A stretch of DNA of 40,920 nucleotides from an uncultured Polaromonas sp. (lineage in GTDB: Bacteria; Pseudomonadota; Gammaproteobacteria; Burkholderiales; Burkholderiaceae_C): positions 8,871 to 49,790 of the forward strand of contig CAZWDK010000002.1 of the NCBI GenBank assembly GCA_964633095.1. The letters run 5' to 3'. Position 1 is the stretch's first letter. Every line of letters starts with the position of its first letter. Positions 17,842 through 30,044 of the stretch are shown one piece after another. The position numbers and the translations under genes were made by a program. The notes below the pieces were generated by a model. That model was not told the DNA's origin. It saw only the letters and a program-made list of their open reading frames with translations, and did no database searches.

Positions 17842-20709
17842 GTGATGACCGTTGCTTTTACCGCCTGCCCAGACACCCCACCGCCCTTGGCGCCGACGGC
17901 GTCGGACTATTCCCGGTTTATTCAGCGGATTCGCCGTCGCTATGCGCAGCAGCTGCCGCTGTTGCCGGCCGGCGCGCCGGTGCGTGCCAGCATGCAGCTG
18001 GCCCTGGAGGCCCTGCTCGCCAGCGGCCTGGAAACCGGCGCGGCGCTCAGGGTGCTGCGCCAGCTGGTCATGGAGCGGCTGGTCGCGCTCGATTGCGACG
18101 GTGCCTGCGAGATTGAGGCCCCCACGCTTGTCGCTTCGCGTACTGCGCTGCCCCCCGCGGGGGCTGAACTTGCTTGGGGCAGCCCTGCGCGGCGTTCTCA
18201 GGCCCCGCTGCAGGTCATTACCCGCGCCATGACCGAGCTGGCCGAGCTGGCGCTCGATGTCGCCATGCAGAGCGCAGCCGACAGCCTGGACGCCCTGTAT
18301 GGCGCGCCGCAGGCCGAGGGCGGCGAAAACGGCGCCAGGGCCCGCATGTGGGTGGTCGGCATGGGCAAGCTGGGCGCGCGCGAACTCAATGTCTCCAGCG
18401 ACATCGACCTGATTTATGTCTATGACCAGGATGGTGAAACCGCCGGCCGCGGCGATGGCCGCGGCCAGATCTCCAACCACGAATACTTCGCGCAGCAGGT
18501 CAAGGCCGTGTTCGGCCTGATTGGCGACGCCACCGAACACGGCTTTGTGTTTCGGGTCGATCTGGCGCTGCGGCCCAACGGCAACTCCGGGCCGGCGGCC
18601 ATTTCATTGAGCGCGCTGGAAGAGTATTTCCAGGGCCAGGGGCGCGAATGGGAGCGTTTCGCCTGGCTGAAAAGCCGGGTGGTGGCGCCGCTGGAATGCA
18701 TCCAGAGCGGCTCGGCCCAGGCCCTGCGCGGCGCCGTGCTGCCTTTTGTCTTCAGGCGCTACCTCGACTACAACGTGTTCGATGCGCTGCGCATTTTGCA
18801 CCGGCAAATTCGCGAGCACGCGGCCAAGCGCTGTGCCGGCCACCCCGAGCGCGCCAACGACGTGAAGATGTCGCGCGGCGGCATCCGCGAAATTGAATTT
18901 ACCGTGCAACTGCTGCAGGTGGTGCGTGGCGGGCAGTTTCCCGAACTGCGCACCCGCCCCACCGTCGATGCGCTGCAGCGCGTTGCCCGCGCCGGCCTGA
19001 TGCCGCAGGACACCGCCGATGCGCTGGCACGGGCCTATGATTTTCTGCGCCGGGTGGAGCACCGCATCCAGTACCTGGATGACCAGCAAACCCATGTCCT
19101 GCCCACCCGCGACGACGACCTGGCCTGGATTGCGCACACCCTGGGTTATAGCAGCTGCGGCCCCTTCCTCAGCGAGCTGGACGCGCACCGCGAGCTGGTC
19201 GCCGAAGAGTTTGACAAGCTGCTGGGCGGCAAGACCGACTGCAAGGGCTGCGGCAAGGCCGCCGCCGGCAACGGCTCAGCGCCGCAGCAACTCGACGAGC
19301 TGCTCGAGCAGTTGTCGGAACAATGGCCGGTGCAGTTTCGCGATCGCCTGCTGCTGTGGCGCCAGCACCCCAGGCTGGTGGCCTTGCGCGAAGACTCGCG
19401 CGCCCGCCTGACGCGGCTGGTGCAGCGCACCGCGCTGTGGCTCAGCGAGGGCGCGGTGAGCGAGGTGGCGGCGGTGCGCCTGATTGACTGGGTAGAGCCG
19501 CTGCTCAGGCGCGAAAGCTATCTGGCCCTGCTGCTGGAGCGCCCGGCGGTGCATGAACGGCTGCTGCGGCTGCTGGGGGCGGCCAAATGGCCGGCCCGCT
19601 ACCTGCTCCAGCACCCGGGCGTGATCGACGAGCTGGCCAGCAATGAGCTGCTGCACGAGCGCTTTGACCCCTTGGCCTTCACCCAGGAACTGCAACAGCG
19701 GCTGGCCGCCCTCAAACGCACCGGCGAGGATGATGAGGAAGCCTGCCTGAATCTGCTGCGCCGCGCCCACCACGCCGAGGTGTTCCGCACCCTGGCACGC
19801 GACGTCGAAGGGGCGCTGTCGGTCGAGCAGGTGGCCGACGATTTGAGCGCGCTGGCCGAAGTCATTCTGCGCGTCACCACCGACTGGTGCTGGCAGCGCC
19901 TGAAAAACAAGCACCGCGAAACCCCGCAGTTCGCCATCATTGCCTACGGCAAGCTGGGCGGCAAGGAACTCGGTTACGGCAGCGACCTGGACATCGTGTT
20001 TGTCTACGAGGACGAGCACGAGCAGGCGCCCGAGGTCTATTCGGCCTTCGTGCGCAAACTGATCAACTGGCTGACCATCAAGACCGGCGAGGGCGACCTG
20101 TTCGAGATCGACACCGCCCTGCGCCCCAATGGCAACTCCGGCCTGCTGGTGACCAGCTTTGAAGCCTATGCCCGCTACCAGCAGCAGCGCGGCAGCAACA
20201 CCGCCTGGACCTGGGAACACCAAGCCATGACGCGTGCCCACTTTGTCCTGGGCGACGAGTCGCTGCGCCAGCGCTTCGACCAGGTGCGCGAGACGGTGAT
20301 CACCGCGCCACGTGACGCGGCGGCCTTGCGCCATGAGATCGTGGCCATGCGCGAGAAAGTGCGTCACGCCCACCCCGTCAAAGGCGAAAAATTCGATCTC
20401 AAGCACAGCGCGGGCGGCATGGTGGACGCCGAGTTCGTGGTGCAGTTTCTGGTGCTCTCGCAGTCGGCACGGCACCCGGAACTGGTGGCCAACGTCGGCA
20501 ACATCGCCCTGCTGCAGCGCGCCGAGGCCGCCGGCCTGCTGCCCCCCGGCGTGGGCCAGCGCGCTGCCAGCGCCTACCGCGAACTCAGGCGCGTGCAGCA
20601 TGGCGCGCGCCTCAACGAGGAGCCGACCCAGGTCATACCGCCGGCACTGCAGGCCGAGCGCGAGGCGATTCAGCAGCTTTGGGGCGCCATCCTCCAGTCA
20701 AGCGATTGA
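17842..20709 (+). CDS. glnE: Bifunctional glutamine synthetase adenylyltransferase/adenylyl-removing enzyme, carrying an in-frame repeat insertion
   Basis: GMGKLGARELNVSSDIDL, RVDLALRPNG, GGIREIEF, YGKLGGKELGYGSDLD, DLKHSAGGMVDAEF. Confidence 0.96.
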   Translation: MMTVAFTACPDTPPPLAPTASDYSRFIQRIRRRYAQQLPLLPAGAPVRASMQLALEALLASGLETGAALRVLRQLVMERLVALDCDGACEIEAPTLVASRTALPPAGAELAWGSPARRSQAPLQVITRAMTELAELALDVAMQSAADSLDALYGAPQAEGGENGARARMWVVGMGKLGARELNVSSDIDLIYVYDQDGETAGRGDGRGQISNHEYFAQQVKAVFGLIGDATEHGFVFRVDLALRPNGNSGPAAISLSALEEYFQGQGREWERFAWLKSRVVAPLECIQSGSAQALRGAVLPFVFRRYLDYNVFDALRILHRQIREHAAKRCAGHPERANDVKMSRGGIREIEFTVQLLQVVRGGQFPELRTRPTVDALQRVARAGLMPQDTADALARAYDFLRRVEHRIQYLDDQQTHVLPTRDDDLAWIAHTLGYSSCGPFLSELDAHRELVAEEFDKLLGGKTDCKGCGKAAAGNGSAPQQLDELLEQLSEQWPVQFRDRLLLWRQHPRLVALREDSRARLTRLVQRTALWLSEGAVSEVAAVRLIDWVEPLLRRESYLALLLERPAVHERLLRLLGAAKWPARYLLQHPGVIDELASNELLHERFDPLAFTQELQQRLAALKRTGEDDEEACLNLLRRAHHAEVFRTLARDVEGALSVEQVADDLSALAEVILRVTTDWCWQRLKNKHRETPQFAIIAYGKLGGKELGYGSDLDIVFVYEDEHEQAPEVYSAFVRKLINWLTIKTGEGDLFEIDTALRPNGNSGLLVTSFEAYARYQQQRGSNTAWTWEHQAMTRAHFVLGDESLRQRFDQVRETVITAPRDAAALRHEIVAMREKVRHAHPVKGEKFDLKHSAGGMVDAEFVVQFLVLSQSARHPELVANVGNIALLQRAEAAGLLPPGVGQRAASAYRELRRVQHGARLNEEPTQVIPPALQAEREAIQQLWGAILQSSD
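18103..18198 (+). repeat. Family-1 structured repeat inserted in frame in glnE
   Basis: CCCCCACGCTTGTCGCTTCGCG (18119-18140) is the exact reverse complement of 23290-23311; TGCTTGGGGCAGCCCTGCGC (18171-18190) matches the reverse complement of 23222-23241 at 18/20. Confidence 0.85.
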
Positions 20710-20799
20710 TGGATTTCATTCAACCGATGACGCAGGGGCCAGCTTCACCGCTGGCATGGCCCACCGCAGACAACGCGCCACGCATGAGGATTGCAAGCG

Positions 20800-22311
20800 A
20801 TGCACAAGTTTGATCCCGCCGGCCGCCTTGCCAGGCTGCGGGGCCTGCCGCCGTTGTTGCGGTTTTCCCCCTTGTGCGTGTTGTGGCTCGCGGGCTGCGC
20901 CGCGCAACCCGCAGCAGCGCCGGTCGCGGCCGCCATTCCCGCGCAATGGCAGGCCCCCTTGCCGCATGGCGGCAGCCTGACGGGCCTGGCCCAATGGTGG
21001 CAGCAGCAAAACGACCCCCTGCTGGTGGAGCTGATCATGGCCGCCGAGGCCGTCAGCCCCTCCATCGCTTCGGCGCTTTCCAACATTGAACAGGCACGCG
21101 CTTCCCGCGCGGCCTCGGCGGCGGCCCTGCTGCCGACACTGGACGCGACCGCCAGCCTGAACCGCAGCCGCTCGCCCCCGGTCAACCGGGCGGCCCAGCC
21201 CATCACCACCACCGGACAAGCCGGCTTGCAGGCATCGTGGGAAATCGACCTGTTTGGCCAGTACGCCGCCAGCCGCGATGCCGACCAGCAACGCCTCGTT
21301 GGCTCCCAAGCCCTGTGGCACGCCGCCCGCGTGTCGGTCGCCGCCGAGCTCGCCAACCGGTACTACAGCCTGCGCGCCTGCGAAAAGCTGCTGGCGGTCG
21401 CGCGCGCCGATGCCGCCTCGCGGCTTGAGACGGCGCGCCTGGCCGAACTCAGCGCCCAGGCCGGCTTCCAGGCGCCGGCCACCGCCGCGCTGGCACGCGC
21501 CAGCGCGGCCGATGGCAAAAGCAACGCCATCGGGCAGGGCGCGCTGTGCGATCTCGATGTCAAGGCGCTGGTGGCGCTGACCGCCATCGCCGAGCCGGAG
21601 CTGCGGCACAAACTGGCCCAGGCACCGGCCGACCTGACCCAGGACGCCGCGGCCCCCATCATCGGCGTGCCGGCCGAGGTGCTGGCGCAACGGCCCGATA
21701 TCTTCAACGCGGCGCGCGAGGTCGATGCCGCCCATTCGGAGCTGGGCAGCGCGCGTGCGGAACGCTATCCGCGGCTGAGCCTGAGCGGCTCCATCGCCAC
21801 CTCCAAGTCCCTGACGCGCGGTTTTTCACAGCGCTTTGACACCTGGTCGGTCGGGCCGCTGCAACTGACCATTCCGCTGTTTGACGGCGGTGCCAGCGCG
21901 GCCAACGTGGAGGCCGCCAAAGCGCGTTATGAAAATGCCGCGGCCCAGTACCGCGGCAGCGTGCGCCAGGCCGTGCGGGAGGTCGAGGAAGCCCTGGTCA
22001 ACCTGCAAAGCAGCGCCGAACGCAGCCAGAGCGCCGCCATTGCCGCCGAGGGCTACGGCGCGTCCTTCACCGGGACCCAGGCCCGCTACCAGAGCGGCCT
22101 GGCCAGCCTGGTGGAGCTGGAAGACGCCAGGCGCACCCTGCTGGCGGCGCAGAGCGCCGTCGTCAACCTGCAGCGCGACCGCCGAAGCGCCTGGGTGGCG
22201 CTGTACCGGGCGCTGGGCGGCGGCTGGAGCAGCGACAGCCCGGTGCCTGCGGCGGCGCCCCTGGCCTCTGGGCTTGCCAGCGCCCCGCCAGCCGGGACCG
22301 CCAAGCCCTGA
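20800..22311 (+). CDS. RND efflux outer-membrane factor (TolC/NodT family lipoprotein)
   Basis: Lipobox LAGC; ASWEIDLFG, LAQRPDI, RYPRLSL, QAVREVEEAL, LYRALGGGW; GAGGA upstream of ATG 20800. Confidence 0.93.
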   Translation: MHKFDPAGRLARLRGLPPLLRFSPLCVLWLAGCAAQPAAAPVAAAIPAQWQAPLPHGGSLTGLAQWWQQQNDPLLVELIMAAEAVSPSIASALSNIEQARASRAASAAALLPTLDATASLNRSRSPPVNRAAQPITTTGQAGLQASWEIDLFGQYAASRDADQQRLVGSQALWHAARVSVAAELANRYYSLRACEKLLAVARADAASRLETARLAELSAQAGFQAPATAALARASAADGKSNAIGQGALCDLDVKALVALTAIAEPELRHKLAQAPADLTQDAAAPIIGVPAEVLAQRPDIFNAAREVDAAHSELGSARAERYPRLSLSGSIATSKSLTRGFSQRFDTWSVGPLQLTIPLFDGGASAANVEAAKARYENAAAQYRGSVRQAVREVEEALVNLQSSAERSQSAAIAAEGYGASFTGTQARYQSGLASLVELEDARRTLLAAQSAVVNLQRDRRSAWVALYRALGGGWSSDSPVPAAAPLASGLASAPPAGTAKP

Positions 22312-22362
22312 GCCGCTGGCCTCATTGACCCAGCCCACAACGACAGACGGAAGCCAAGCACC

Positions 22363-23640
22363 ATGGAGCATTTCAAGCGCAAGCCAGTCGCTATTATTTT
22401 GATAGCTGTTGCCGCCCTTTCCATGGGGGCGGTTGTCATTTTTTCTGCCAGGTCCGGAACCGGCGATGCGCCCCAGGCGGCGGCCGCCAGGCCGGCCCTG
22501 ACGGTGGCCACGGCGCTGCCGCAGCAGCTCGCGCTGCCGGTCAAAATCAGTGCCAACGGCAACATCGCGGCCTGGCAGGAAGCCATCATCGGCTCCGAAT
22601 CCAACGGCCTGCGGCTGGTCCAGGTGCTGGTCAATGTCGGCGACCCGGTCAAGGCCGGCCAGGTGCTGGCGGTGTTTTCGGGCGACAGCGTGCAGGCCGA
22701 GGTGGCCCAGGCCAGGGCCAGCCTGTTCGAGGCGCAGGCCCATGCGCTGGAGGCCGCCGACAACGCCGCCCGCGCCCGCACGCTGGCCAGTTCGGGCGCG
22801 CTCAGCGCGCAGCAGATCAACCAGTACAACACCGCCGAGCAAACCGCCAAGGCCCGGGTCGAGGCGGCCCAGGCCGTGCTGGAGGCGCAGCAGCTGCGCG
22901 GCCGGCAGACCCGGGTGCTGGCACCGGACAACGGCGTGATTTCCGCGCGCAACGCCACGGTGGGCGCCGTGGTGGGCGCCGGCACCGAGCTGTTTCGGCT
23001 GATTCGCGGCGGACGCCTGGAATGGCGCGCCGAAGTCACCTCGGCCGAGCTGGGCCGCATCAAGGCCGGCACCCCGGCCAGCGTGGTCGCGGCCAGCGGC
23101 GCGCGGCTTGTCGGCCGGGTCCGCATGATCGCGCCCAGCGTCGACCCGCAGACCCGCGCCGCGCTGGTCTATGTGGACCTGCCGGTGTCGGCCGGCATGG
23201 CTGCGCCGGCCAAGGTGCGCAGCGCCGGGCCGCCCCAAGCAGACACAGCCCCATTTAATAAGGAAAGGGGCGGCGCAACGCCCAAGGCTCGCGAAGCGAC
23301 AAGCGTGGGGGTAGCACTTGCCGGCATGTTTGCCAGGGGCGAATTCGACCTGGGCACGACCTCCGCACTGACGGTTCCGCAGCCCGCGCTGGTGGTGCGC
23401 GACGGCTTCAGCTACCTGTTTCGCCTGGGCCCCGACAACCGCGTCAGCCAGCTCAAGGTGCAGACCGGACGGCACGCCGGCGACCGGGTGGAAATCAGCG
23501 CGGGCCTGGCCGCCGATGCCCGTGTGGTCGTCAGCGGCGCCGGCTTCTTGAATGATGGCGACTTGGTCAGGGTCAACGACTCTCAAGCATCAAATCAGCC
23601 AACAGCCCCCGCCAGCTCTGCGCCAGAAGCTATCAAATAA
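22363..23640 (+). CDS. RND efflux periplasmic adaptor (membrane fusion protein) containing three repeat-derived segments
   Basis: VNVGDPVKAGQVLA, VLAPDNGVIS, PSVDPQTR, AGMFARGEF, LTVPQPALV motifs. Confidence 0.93.
   Translation: MEHFKRKPVAIILIAVAALSMGAVVIFSARSGTGDAPQAAAARPALTVATALPQQLALPVKISANGNIAAWQEAIIGSESNGLRLVQVLVNVGDPVKAGQVLAVFSGDSVQAEVAQARASLFEAQAHALEAADNAARARTLASSGALSAQQINQYNTAEQTAKARVEAAQAVLEAQQLRGRQTRVLAPDNGVISARNATVGAVVGAGTELFRLIRGGRLEWRAEVTSAELGRIKAGTPASVVAASGARLVGRVRMIAPSVDPQTRAALVYVDLPVSAGMAAPAKVRSAGPPQADTAPFNKERGGATPKAREATSVGVALAGMFARGEFDLGTTSALTVPQPALVVRDGFSYLFRLGPDNRVSQLKVQTGRHAGDRVEISAGLAADARVVVSGAGFLNDGDLVRVNDSQASNQPTAPASSAPEAIK
22390..22450 (+). repeat. Family-2 repeat copy B (in frame; encodes the adaptor's N-terminal hydrophobic anchor)
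   Basis: GCTAT-TATTTTG-ATAGC at 22390-22406 followed by TGTTGCCGCCCTTTCCATGGGGGCGGTTGTCATTTTTT. Confidence 0.7.
23215..23315 (-). repeat. Family-1 structured repeat inserted in frame (inverted) in the adaptor gene
   Basis: Reverse complement shares the 22/22 and 18/20 blocks with the glnE copy, plus the central GCCCC...GGGGCTG stem. Confidence 0.85.
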
Positions 23641-23645
23641 GGAGC
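23585..23645 (-). repeat. Family-2 repeat copy C (adaptor C-terminus, stop codon and permease RBS)
   Basis: GCTAT-CAAATAA-GGAGC at 23629-23645; reverse-complement tail TTCTGGCGCAGAGCTGGCGGGGGCTGTTGGCTGATTTGAT. Confidence 0.72.
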
Positions 23646-23653
23646 GAATTCAG

Positions 23654-26752
<3,099 letters not shown>

Positions 26753-26842
26753 GGCCTGTTCGCACTGGCCAGGCATAGCCCCTGAGCCGCCGCTGGAAAG
26801 CGGCTGATTTATACTCACTGGCTTACCCTTACATTTCTTCAC

Positions 26843-27889
26843 ATGTCAAAACGCGTACTGCTTTCGGGCGCAACCGGCCTGATTGGCGGGGAGTTGATGC
26901 TTCTTCTGGCCGCACGCGGCGTTTACAGCACCGCTGTGGTCCGCGCCGCCGACGCCGACCAGGCCCGTGCCCGGCTGCTCGAACGCCTGCAAAAAAGCGT
27001 TTTGTGGAAGCCTGAATTTGCCGACATGGTGGCGGCCGAAGCCGGCGATGTGGTGGAACCCGACTTCGGCCTGAGCCCGGCGGTCATCGCGTCCGCCGAC
27101 GTGGTGCTGCATTCCGCCGCCAGCACCTCCTTCAAGCCCGGCGCCGGCGTCTACCCGATCAACATCAAGGCGGCCGAACAGTTCGCCGGCATCCTCAAGC
27201 AGCTGAGCCCATCGCAGCGCGGCTTTTTCGTCGGCACCGCCGCCGTGACCACCGAGCCGCGTGGCGTGATCACCGAAGACATGCCCTTCGCCGGTTACGC
27301 CAACGATTACATCCGCTCCAAGCGCGATGCCGAAACCTTGTTGCGCGCCGCAGGCAGTCCGTTTGTCAGCCTGCGTCCCGGCATCGTGCTGTCGCGCGGC
27401 ATTGACGACGCCAAGCTGTCGCGCAACATGCTGTGGTCCATCCCCGTGATGGCAGAACTCGGTGATGTGCCGCTGGATCCGCTGGGCAAGCTCGATTTTG
27501 CGCCGGTGGACTTCATTGCCGGCGCCTTTGCCGAAATGCTGCTCAAGGCGGACCTGCAGCATGACTGCTACCACGTCTCGACCGGCGAGGACTCCATGAC
27601 TTTCGCGGCGCTGGCCGATGAGCTGAAAACCAGCATGCCCGGCATCGGCAAGATGGTGATGCGCGGCCGCGACTATGTGCCGACGCCCCAATTTGCCCGC
27701 CAGCGCTGGATGTACGAGGCGCTGCAGCCCTACCTGCCGTTTCTGACGGCCGACGCGGTGTTCAGCAATGCCCGCCTGCGCGCCGAAATCGGCGGCGCCG
27801 CCATTGCGCCTGCGCCCAGTAGCTACCTGGGGGAGCTGCTGGGCACCTTCAGCCTGTCCGATGCGGTCAAGCAGATGTACACGCCCTGA
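26843..27889 (+). CDS. Extended SDR, thioester-reductase/fatty acyl reductase-like (NAD_binding_4 type)
   Basis: VLLSGATGLIGG Rossmann motif, VVRA...ARARL, VLHSAASTSF, catalytic YIRSK, LRPGIV, DFAPVDF. Confidence 0.75.
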   Translation: MSKRVLLSGATGLIGGELMLLLAARGVYSTAVVRAADADQARARLLERLQKSVLWKPEFADMVAAEAGDVVEPDFGLSPAVIASADVVLHSAASTSFKPGAGVYPINIKAAEQFAGILKQLSPSQRGFFVGTAAVTTEPRGVITEDMPFAGYANDYIRSKRDAETLLRAAGSPFVSLRPGIVLSRGIDDAKLSRNMLWSIPVMAELGDVPLDPLGKLDFAPVDFIAGAFAEMLLKADLQHDCYHVSTGEDSMTFAALADELKTSMPGIGKMVMRGRDYVPTPQFARQRWMYEALQPYLPFLTADAVFSNARLRAEIGGAAIAPAPSSYLGELLGTFSLSDAVKQMYTP

Positions 27890-28021
27890 GGCGAAACCGC
27901 ACAAAACAACACACAAATGAAACCGCCGCTTTTGTAAACTAGTTTGTGGACAGCAGCAACCCTGTTGTCATGGCCGTGGTAGACAATTGCGCTTTGCAGA
28001 CAAGAACTTACTGGTTGGGTG

Positions 28022-28261
28022 ATGAATTCTGATTTGATCAAACTTTTTGCCGAGACATTTGGCATCGGCGAAGAAAAACTGCTGCCCGATGCCACGCTGG
28101 AAAGCCTGGGGCTGGACTCGCTGGCGGTCATCGAATTTCTGTTTCAGATCGAAGACAAGTTCGGCATCCAGATTCCCGACCAGGCCAATCCACCGCGTAC
28201 CCTGGGCGAGATGGTTCAGCTGATCGAACCGCTGCTGCCTGCGGGCAAGCCTGCCGCCTGA
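28022..28261 (+). CDS. Acyl carrier protein
   Basis: 79 aa, acidic; LESLGLDSLAVIEFLFQIEDKFGI phosphopantetheinylation motif. Confidence 0.92.
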   Translation: MNSDLIKLFAETFGIGEEKLLPDATLESLGLDSLAVIEFLFQIEDKFGIQIPDQANPPRTLGEMVQLIEPLLPAGKPAA

Positions 28262-28280
28262 GCGCCACGACCGGTCAGCC

Positions 28281-29525
28281 ATGCGTCGCGTTGCCATCAC
28301 AGGTCTTGGCGTCGTTTCTCCCGTAGGCATGGGCGGCCCGGCCTTTTTTGCCTCGCTGCTCTCGGCCCGCTCGGGCATACGCTCCCTGGACATCGCCTTT
28401 CCCACCGGCACCGAAAGCGTGCTGGCCGGCGCCGTCGACTTCGACCCCGACCAGCACTTTGCACGCGCCCGCCTGCTGACCATGGACCGGGTCAGCCAGT
28501 TCGCGCTGGTGGCGGGCCGCGAGGCCATGGCCCAGGCCGGACTGGGCGACGCGACCGCCTGGCCGGCCAGCCTGGCGCCCGAGCGCTTTGGCGTTTCCCT
28601 GGGCACCGGCAGCGGCGGCGCCGGCTCCACCGAAGTGGCTTACACCGCCTTGCTGGAACACAAGGTCGCGCGCCTGCGCCCCATGACGGTAGTGCTGGCC
28701 ATGAACAATGCCATTGCCGCCCATGTCTCCATGGAGTTCGGCCTCAAGGGCCCGAGCAGCACGGTTTCCAATGCCTGCGCCTCCTCGGCCACCTCCATTG
28801 GCGACGCCTTTCGCCAGATTCGCCATGGCTACGCCGATGCCATGCTGGCCGGCGGCGCCGAGGCGCTGCTGAACCGGGGCACCATCAAGGCCTGGCAGGC
28901 CATGCACACGCTGGCCAAACCCCATGCCGATGGCGATGAACGTTCCTGCCGCCCGTTCTCGGCCGACCGCAGCGGCCTGGTGCTGGCCGAAGGCGCGGCC
29001 ATGCTGGTGCTGGAAGAGTGGGAAAGCGCCAAACGGCGCGGCGCCAACATCCTGGCCGAGCTCTCGGGCTATGCCTCGACCACCGACGCCCACCACCTGA
29101 CCCAGCCCGAGCCCCAGGGCCAGGCCCGGGCCATGGCGCTGGCGCTGGCCGATGCCGGGCTTGCGCCATCCGACATTGGCTACCTCAATGCGCACGGCAC
29201 CGCCACCGAGGTCGGCGATGTGGTCGAGACCAACGCCATCAAGCTGGCGTTCCAGGCCCATGCCGAGCGCCTGCCGGTCAGCTCCAGCAAGGGCACGCAT
29301 GGCCATGCCATGGGTGCGGCCGGTGCCATGGAATTCATCGCCAGCGTGCTGGCCTTGCGGGCGCAGCAGCTGCCACCGACCGCCTTCCTCGAACATCCGG
29401 ACCCGCGCTGCGATCTCGACTACATCCCGCTGCTGGCACGCGACTGCAGCGGTGTGCGCGCGGTGATGTCTAATTCCTTTGCCTTTGGCGGCTCCAACGC
29501 GGTGCTGATCGCCAAGGCCGCCTGA
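28281..29525 (+). CDS. Beta-ketoacyl-ACP synthase II (FabF-like paralogue)
   Basis: RRVAITGLG; catalytic Cys in NACASS; His in NAHGTAT and SKGTHGH; SNSFAFGGSN. Confidence 0.93.
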   Translation: MRRVAITGLGVVSPVGMGGPAFFASLLSARSGIRSLDIAFPTGTESVLAGAVDFDPDQHFARARLLTMDRVSQFALVAGREAMAQAGLGDATAWPASLAPERFGVSLGTGSGGAGSTEVAYTALLEHKVARLRPMTVVLAMNNAIAAHVSMEFGLKGPSSTVSNACASSATSIGDAFRQIRHGYADAMLAGGAEALLNRGTIKAWQAMHTLAKPHADGDERSCRPFSADRSGLVLAEGAAMLVLEEWESAKRRGANILAELSGYASTTDAHHLTQPEPQGQARAMALALADAGLAPSDIGYLNAHGTATEVGDVVETNAIKLAFQAHAERLPVSSSKGTHGHAMGAAGAMEFIASVLALRAQQLPPTAFLEHPDPRCDLDYIPLLARDCSGVRAVMSNSFAFGGSNAVLIAKAA

Positions 29526-29558
29526 AGCCCCGCTGGGCCGGACGCTCGCGCAGCCGCA

Positions 29559-30044
29559 TCAAGCAGTCGAGCGGATTTTTTTCACCAGGGCGGTGGTCGA
29601 ATAGCCGGCGACGATGGGAATGGCCAGGGCCTTGCCGCCATAGGCTTTCACCACCGCCGTTTCGGCCAGCTTGTCCATGTCATAGTCGCCGCCCTTGACC
29701 AGGATGTCGGGCTTGAGTTCGGCAATCAGCTCCAGCGGCGTGTTTTCGTCAAACCAGGTGACCAGGCTGACGGACTCCAGCGCCGCCATCAGCACGGCGC
29801 GGTCCTGCTCGTTGTTCAGGGGCCGATCCGGCCCCTTGCCCAGGCGCCTGGCCGAGGCGTCGGTGTTGAGCGCCAGCACCAGGCTGGCCCCCAATTCGCG
29901 TGCCTGCGCCAGGTAGGTGACATGGCCGGGGTGCAGCACATCAAACACGCCGTTGCTGAACACCAGCGGCCGGGGCAGCGCGGCGACCCGCGCCGCGGCA
30001 TCCTGGCGCGCCACCACCTTCTCCAGAAAAGCCGGGCTGTTCAC
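29559..30044 (-). CDS. rfaE2: D-glycero-beta-D-manno-heptose 1-phosphate adenylyltransferase
   Basis: FSNGVFDVLHPGH (HxGH), LNTDASARRLGKGPDRP, KPDILVKGGDY, YSTT; GTG start overlaps the upstream TGA (GTGA). Confidence 0.9.
   Translation of the reverse strand: MNSPAFLEKVVARQDAAARVAALPRPLVFSNGVFDVLHPGHVTYLAQARELGASLVLALNTDASARRLGKGPDRPLNNEQDRAVLMAALESVSLVTWFDENTPLELIAELKPDILVKGGDYDMDKLAETAVVKAYGGKALAIPIVAGYSTTALVKKIRSTA

Noticed and set aside
28281-29525. Calling the ketosynthase the housekeeping fabF
   Set aside because: It lacks the fabD-fabG-acpP context and the ACP is unlike canonical AcpP, so the symbol was withheld.
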